A DNA stretch of 64,000 nucleotides from Candidatus Dojkabacteria bacterium. Its GTDB lineage: Bacteria; Patescibacteriota; Dojkabacteria; J137. Positions 59,177-64,000 of the stretch are shown here, one piece after another. The stretch spans positions 357,645 through 421,644 of the forward strand of contig AP024679.1 in assembly GCA_025999215.1 (NCBI GenBank), read 5' to 3'. How positions within the stretch are numbered: the first letter of the stretch is position 1; each line of letters opens with the position of its first letter. Below the pieces are notes generated by a model. The model was given only the letters and a program-made list of their open reading frames with translations, searched no databases and was not told the DNA's origin. A program made the translations under genes and the position numbers.

Positions 59177-60619
59177 CTAGCGGACAAACCCAGTACGCTT
59201 GAGCTTTGTTTTGTGTAATTTCCTTTGTTGAGCCAATTGAGTAAATCCATTAGCTTGTTTGTGTGGTGTGATGAAAGTTTTAATGGGCTTTCTGTTTGTA
59301 GGTTTTGATTTGATTTCTATTACGCTTACGTCTCCAAACATGGTCTGGGCAATGGTGCGAGGAATTGGGGTTGCGCTCATGTTTATGAAATGCGGGAATT
59401 CTTTTTTGTTAAGTATAGATGTAAAAGGAGATAAAAGATCTTCTCTTTGATTTACTCCAAATCTATGTTGTTCATCGACGATTACTAGTCCTGGTTTGTT
59501 AATTAAATTTTGCTTTCTAGCAAGAACAGCTGTTGTACCAATTAAAATATCAGCTTGTTGTTGTTTTTTGGTTTTGCCAGTAACGAGGTTAATTGACAAA
59601 TTAAAATTTTTTAAAAATGTTTGAAAATTTTTGTACTGTTGTTCTGCAAGAATTGTGGTTGGAGCCAAAAAAATTACTTGATATCCGCTTAAAATTACTG
59701 GTATAGAAATTGCAATACTCACAATTGTTTTTCCACTTCCCACATCACCTTGAATCAATGCGTTAATTATATCTTTTTGCATCATTTGAGAGTTGAGATT
59801 TTGTATTGCTTCCATTTGATCTTTAGTTAGTTTAAATGGAAGTTCGTTTATTAATTTTTCTTGTTCCATAAAACTTTTGGGATTAATTTCAATAGCTTTA
59901 TGTTTTTTAAATTTTGCTCTGTTATTTTCTAGTTTAAGTTGGATTTGTATTAGCTCAATTAGACTAAGTAAGTTTATACTTTCTTCTAAAGCATCATAGT
60001 TTTCTGGAAAATGAATATTTTTCAATGCTTTCTTGATGTACTCTTGAGTTATTTCTATGGCTTCAAAATCTCTAGGCATTTCAACTGAAGAAATATTTTC
60101 AACCAAAAATTTCATTCTATTTCTAAACCACTTTTCACTAATACCTGAAGTGAGTGAGTATTTTGGAGTGATTCTTGCGGTATGAACTAAATCCTTCTCA
60201 GGTTTGAGAGCTTCAATGGTTGTTGGATACAAAACGAACTTAGATTTATTTTTTGTAAACTTTCCAATAATCATGTATTCGGTTTCAGGGTTTATAAAAT
60301 TAAGCAGATAAGGCTGGTTAAACCATATGCATTCTAGTTTTCCAGATTTATCATAAGCAATACCTTTTTGAATGCTTTTTTGAGATTTTAAGCGGATATT
60401 TTTAATATCTTCAAAAAAAACTTTTAATTGAATTTTTGTATCAAGTTTAGTATCGTCAAGGAGTACTTGCTGAATCGTTAAAATTTCTGTTGAATCTTCA
60501 TATTTTCTTGGAAAATACGTAAGTAAATCCTTTACTGTAAAGATATTTAACTTGTTTAGTTTTTTTGAATAGTACTCACTGATGTAAGGTAGAGATGATA
60601 TTTTATCTTGAAGATGCAT
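59177..60619 (-). CDS. recG: ATP-dependent DNA helicase RecG, N-terminal wedge plus DEAD-box fragment (gene disrupted by frameshifts)
   Basis: Walker A GDVGSGKT; DEQHRFGV; SATPIPRT. A third frame across 59120-59240 encodes ...EITQNKAQAYWVCPLVEESEKLNAKSSKEVFNFLNNE, the canonical RecG segment linking the two fragments, so there are two indels. Confidence 0.85.
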   Translation of the reverse strand: MHLQDKISSLPYISEYYSKKLNKLNIFTVKDLLTYFPRKYEDSTEILTIQQVLLDDTKLDTKIQLKVFFEDIKNIRLKSQKSIQKGIAYDKSGKLECIWFNQPYLLNFINPETEYMIIGKFTKNKSKFVLYPTTIEALKPEKDLVHTARITPKYSLTSGISEKWFRNRMKFLVENISSVEMPRDFEAIEITQEYIKKALKNIHFPENYDALEESINLLSLIELIQIQLKLENNRAKFKKHKAIEINPKSFMEQEKLINELPFKLTKDQMEAIQNLNSQMMQKDIINALIQGDVGSGKTIVSIAISIPVILSGYQVIFLAPTTILAEQQYKNFQTFLKNFNLSINLVTGKTKKQQQADILIGTTAVLARKQNLINKPGLVIVDEQHRFGVNQREDLLSPFTSILNKKEFPHFINMSATPIPRTIAQTMFGDVSVIEIKSKPTNRKPIKTFITPHKQANGFTQLAQQRKLHKTKLKRTGFVR

Positions 60620-60896
60620 AATTAACCTAGAATCACATCAATTATTATGATTAAGGGAGTTAAAACTAAGCTTACAAGTATCATAAATGTAATAAAAAGC
60701 GATACTAATTTTTTCAGTCTTGATTTTGTAAAAATTTTCATGAGTTATTTTATAACACTTTTTAAATCAAAGCAATTTTAGAAAAAGTTCAAAATATTTA
60801 TACATGTTGAACAAAATTATTACACATTCAATGTTAAAAACAACATGCTTTTTATTCACATGTTGTTTTTAACCTATTTCTAATTGAATAACTTGT

Positions 60897-61241
60897 TTAG
60901 TATTGCTTTTCCCTTGCTAGCGCTACTACTAAGTTCATTCCTTGGAAGTCTGAACCATTTGTATCTTCAATGAATTTATCATTACTTTCAAAATTTTCGT
61001 TAATAACAATCTCAACAAATCCAAAACCTTTTGATCTGGGTGGTCTATCCTGATCTCCAAATTTATTTCTTTCTTTGATTATGTTAACTTTTTCTACAGT
61101 GTAGCCAAAGCTTTCAAAGTGTTCCCTGAGTTCTGCTTCAGAGGCGCTAAATTTAATTTTTGCAACAAAGAATTTAACTGTGTCTGTTGCGACTAAAACG
61201 GTATCTGTACTCATATGTACAAAATAAAAAATAAAATTCAT
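60897..61241 (-). CDS. RRM-domain RNA-binding protein
   Basis: RNP-2 (KFFVAKI) and RNP-1 (KGFGFVEI) motifs. The start may be the internal Met (MSTDTV, 61214). Confidence 0.75.
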   Translation of the reverse strand: MNFIFYFVHMSTDTVLVATDTVKFFVAKIKFSASEAELREHFESFGYTVEKVNIIKERNKFGDQDRPPRSKGFGFVEIVINENFESNDKFIEDTNGSDFQGMNLVVALAREKQY

Positions 61242-61365
61242 TTACTGGTAAACCAATAAATACTAATTTACAAATGAAGGCTCATGAACTGGAAGTAATT
61301 CACAGGAAGAGATAATTCACTTGAACACATTAATTCTATCAAATTAAATCTCTAGTGTCAAACTT

Positions 61366-63213
61366 TTATTTTGTTTTGTAACCTTTGGCTTGAAGTTTGA
61401 AAAAACGCGCATATGTTCCATTTTTTTTCATTAGCTGATCGTGACTTCCTTCTTCTATAATTTTACCTTCATCTATTACAATTATTCTATCGGCATTTTT
61501 AACTGTAGAAAATCGGTGAGATATTATTATTACCGTTTTGTTTTTGATAAATTGATAAATGTTATTAAATATTTGATACTCTGCTTCGGCATCAATTGAT
61601 GCTGTAGGTTCATCAAGTATCAAAAGATAAGGATCTCTAAAGAAAAATCTAGCTAGGGCAATTTTTTGCCATTGACCAGTGGAAGGTCTTATTCCTCCTG
61701 TATATCTTTCGCTAAGCGTTTGGTCAAATTTTTTTGGATACTTTGCAATAAATTCGTATGCATCTGCATCTTTGCTTGCTTTAATTACTTTATTTTTGAC
61801 TTCTTCATCATTCTCGTTGCCTTCAGGTTTTCCGATAAAAATATTTTCAAAAGCTGTTAGATCGGGATAGGTGTTGTAATCTTGAAATAAACCTCCTATT
61901 TTTTTGTACCAGCTTTCAATTTTCAAATCATTTATGTTTATCCCATCAATTAAAATTTCACCACTTGTAACTTGGTAAAATCTAGTGATTAGCTTCATCA
62001 AGGTGGTTTTTCCTGCCCCATTTTTTCCAACGATAGCTAATTTTTCGCCGGGATTTATTGTTAGATTAAAGTTTTCATATACATACTTATCTGAGCCTGG
62101 ATATTTAAAACTTACATTTTTGAACTCAATTTTTGGAGCATGGTTACCTTTGAGTGTGATTGTTCCATCTTTTTGTATTGGCTCTCTATTCAAAAAGCTC
62201 TTTATTTCCTCAATTCTAACGTATCCTTCATTAATATTTGATAAGGCAAAAACTATTTGATTAATAGTACCACCAAACCGAGTCAGTAAAGAAAAATAAA
62301 ATGTAACTAGTCCTATAGTGATGGTTTGTTCGAGTGCTTGGTTGACAATTATCAAAAGCCCTATACCAACTAGCACTCTATCAACTGTCGCTACGAAAGC
62401 AGTAGATAAAAACCACTTAAATCTTATTTTTCCTATTTGATGCAAGTATGAATTATAGAAATTTACAAAAATTTGTTTTAAAAAATTAAATGAATTTGTG
62501 ATGTAAATTTCTTTGAGTGTTACAGGGTTAGCAATATTATTAAAAGATCCCCAAGCTTTTCTTTCATCACTTGTTACTTCTTTGTCTAACTTCCAAATTT
62601 GTTGTATATGTTTTTTGTGAATATAAAATTTTGGAAGCATCATTAATATACTTAGTACAATAAACCATGGGATAATGTTAATTAGTGATGGAATAATTAA
62701 AGTTAAGTATACTAGGGCATTCAGGATGTATGTGATGTTCCAAACAAAAGAATTAAAAACACTATAATTATCTTTAAACCTTTGAACTTCATCAGCAATT
62801 TGAGGGTTTTCAAGCGCCTCTACTCCCAAAGATATTAATTTTTTGTATAATAAAATACTTGCAGCATATTGAATTTTGATTTTTAAATGATTAGAAATTA
62901 AAGACTCTGCCCAACTTAGAAGAGAAGATAATAAATTAAATACAACAATTATTCCGAGTAACATAAAAATATTGTTGGTGTCTTGAGTAGTTCCGTTAGT
63001 ATACTGAACTAATCTATCAATAATTTGGGCGATTAAAAAAACATTTATCCATTCTGCACTTCCTAATACGATAGATATTAAAAATTTTAAAGATACTAAA
63101 AGAGGAGACATGGAAAGTACGACTTTTGTACTCCAAAAAAGTGTGGCTAGGAAGTGTGTGATGTTTTTTAAGAAATTTTTTATCATAGTGAGAAACTCCG
63201 TTAATTTTAACAT
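61366..63213 (-). CDS. ABC transporter, fused permease/ATP-binding exporter (MsbA/lipid A exporter-like)
   Basis: Six-TM N-domain; Walker A GKNGAGKTT, signature GGIRPSTGQWQKIALAR (LSGGQ-like), Walker B LLILDEPTASID, H-loop. Confidence 0.85.
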   Translation of the reverse strand: MLKLTEFLTMIKNFLKNITHFLATLFWSTKVVLSMSPLLVSLKFLISIVLGSAEWINVFLIAQIIDRLVQYTNGTTQDTNNIFMLLGIIVVFNLLSSLLSWAESLISNHLKIKIQYAASILLYKKLISLGVEALENPQIADEVQRFKDNYSVFNSFVWNITYILNALVYLTLIIPSLINIIPWFIVLSILMMLPKFYIHKKHIQQIWKLDKEVTSDERKAWGSFNNIANPVTLKEIYITNSFNFLKQIFVNFYNSYLHQIGKIRFKWFLSTAFVATVDRVLVGIGLLIIVNQALEQTITIGLVTFYFSLLTRFGGTINQIVFALSNINEGYVRIEEIKSFLNREPIQKDGTITLKGNHAPKIEFKNVSFKYPGSDKYVYENFNLTINPGEKLAIVGKNGAGKTTLMKLITRFYQVTSGEILIDGININDLKIESWYKKIGGLFQDYNTYPDLTAFENIFIGKPEGNENDEEVKNKVIKASKDADAYEFIAKYPKKFDQTLSERYTGGIRPSTGQWQKIALARFFFRDPYLLILDEPTASIDAEAEYQIFNNIYQFIKNKTVIIISHRFSTVKNADRIIVIDEGKIIEEGSHDQLMKKNGTYARFFKLQAKGYKTK

Positions 63214-63320
63214 GTAAGAACACTATTAGCAAAATAATGAATGAATTTAGTAATTAGATTGATTAAAAAATGTAAATTATTACATTTGAAATTAAAATAT
63301 AGTATAATTAAAAACAACTT

Positions 63321-63410
63321 GGAGAGATGGCAGAGTGGTCGAATGCGGCGGTCTTGAAAACCGTTAGGCGCGCAAGCGTCTCCTGGGTTCGAATCCCAGT
63401 CTCTCCGCCA
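63321..63410 (+). tRNA. tRNA-Ser (anticodon TGA), class II, CCA encoded
   Basis: Acceptor GGAGAGA/TCTCTCC, anticodon stem-loop GCGGT-CTTGAAA-ACCGT, long variable arm, T-arm GGGTTCGAATCCC, then GCCA. Confidence 0.8.
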
Positions 63411-63470
63411 GATAGACTATAAAATATTAAAGATAAGAAGGTTAAGGTATTTTATATCTTGAGAATAATT

Positions 63471-64000
63471 ATGAATAACCCTGAAATAACATTTAATCCC
63501 AGCAGTTCTAGTGATGAAGCTTGGCAAAGTGATTTGTTAAATAGGGTAAGGAAAATGAATTTAGTAGAGCAAGAGGAGCTTCGAAAATTAGGTTTCGAAG
63601 TTGATAAAGAAGGAAATTTAATTGTTCCACTACCTCGAAAAAGAAATGTATTGGATAAATTAAAAGAGATTGCTTATAGTAGGATAAAATCTATAGGAGA
63701 AAATTTTTTTCCAGAAGAAGTTGATCAGGGTAGGCGAACTGTTTTAAAAGTGATGGCTGCTACTACTGCTGCTGTTATTTTACCTGTTGAAGCTAATGAT
63801 TCAACTGAATTACCTGATTCACCTGAAACACCTCGATCAGTTCGCGATAATGTTGAAAATCAAGAAGAAATTATAATTAAATCGGCTTTTGAACGAATGG
63901 AATCAGGAGAAGATTTAGCCACTATTGTGTTGGCTGATGAAATAGCTTTATATCCAAATGCTCCAAATCCAGCTAATAGAGATAATGTTACTGTTCCCGA
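63471..64000 (+). CDS. Hypothetical protein, 5' portion (continues beyond window)
   Basis: Open frame from ATG 63471 to the window end; contains a hydrophobic segment (VLKVMAATTAAVILPV) after an RR pair. Confidence 0.45.
   Translation, partial: MNNPEITFNPSSSSDEAWQSDLLNRVRKMNLVEQEELRKLGFEVDKEGNLIVPLPRKRNVLDKLKEIAYSRIKSIGENFFPEEVDQGRRTVLKVMAATTAAVILPVEANDSTELPDSPETPRSVRDNVENQEEIIIKSAFERMESGEDLATIVLADEIALYPNAPNPANRDNVTVP

Noticed and set aside
60622-60741. 39-codon hydrophobic minus-strand ORF (MKIFTKSRLKKLVSLFITFMILVSLVLTPLIIIIDVILG) ending 3 nt before recG
   Set aside because: Too short and compositionally trivial to call without conservation or expression evidence. It could be a small membrane peptide or just recG leader sequence.

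Overview
This is a low-GC (about 27-30% by eye) bacterial window read with the standard genetic code (TGA is used as a stop). Its gene content and order suggest a small, streamlined genome, possibly Patescibacteria/CPR (Saccharibacteria-like); that lineage call is inference only. Most of the window is conserved core loci: the rpmG-secE-nusG-rplKAJL operon with tRNA-Trp; a Thr-Tyr-Thr tRNA cluster next to rpmB; dprA, topA, rpsB-tsf-frr, rseP, rpsU, dnaX-ybaB-recR and rpsF-ssb-rpsR; prfA, rpmE, dnaB, yebC-ruvCAB and gyrBA; and rpsP-rnc-nusB, rsmD, trmL, uppP, recG, an MsbA-like ABC exporter and six tRNAs. A complete natural-competence and type IV pilus gene set is also present (comEA, comEC, dprA, pilB, pilT, pilC, pilD, pilM, pilN, pilO plus six pilin-like genes). 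The most unusual feature is at 1..5873, directly beside the rplL terminator: four paralogous ATP-grasp amidoligase genes. Two are RimK-like, one resembles the cyanophycin-synthetase N-domain, and one is an alpha-L-glutamate-ligase-like domain fused to a retropepsin-like DUF785/RimB-type protease domain. They are translationally coupled to a 7-TM membrane protein and sit next to a PEGA-domain membrane protein. I read this as a putative membrane-associated peptide-tagging or poly-amino-acid synthesis system. A second observation is the short GC-rich motif TTCGGACA/TGTCCGAA, which is strongly over-represented. It occurs as tandem or inverted pairs at gene ends and in-frame inside gyrA, yebC, pilB and a pilin gene, and is a candidate DNA-uptake-signal-like or regulatory repeat. 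Four genes show apparent indel frameshifts (gyrB, ruvC, recG twice, and an LCP-family gene), which points to decay or systematic assembly errors. A 1.9 kb ORF-free AT-rich gap with DnaA-box-like 9-mers lies between ruvB and gyrA. No CRISPR array, transposase, integrase or rRNA gene was seen.
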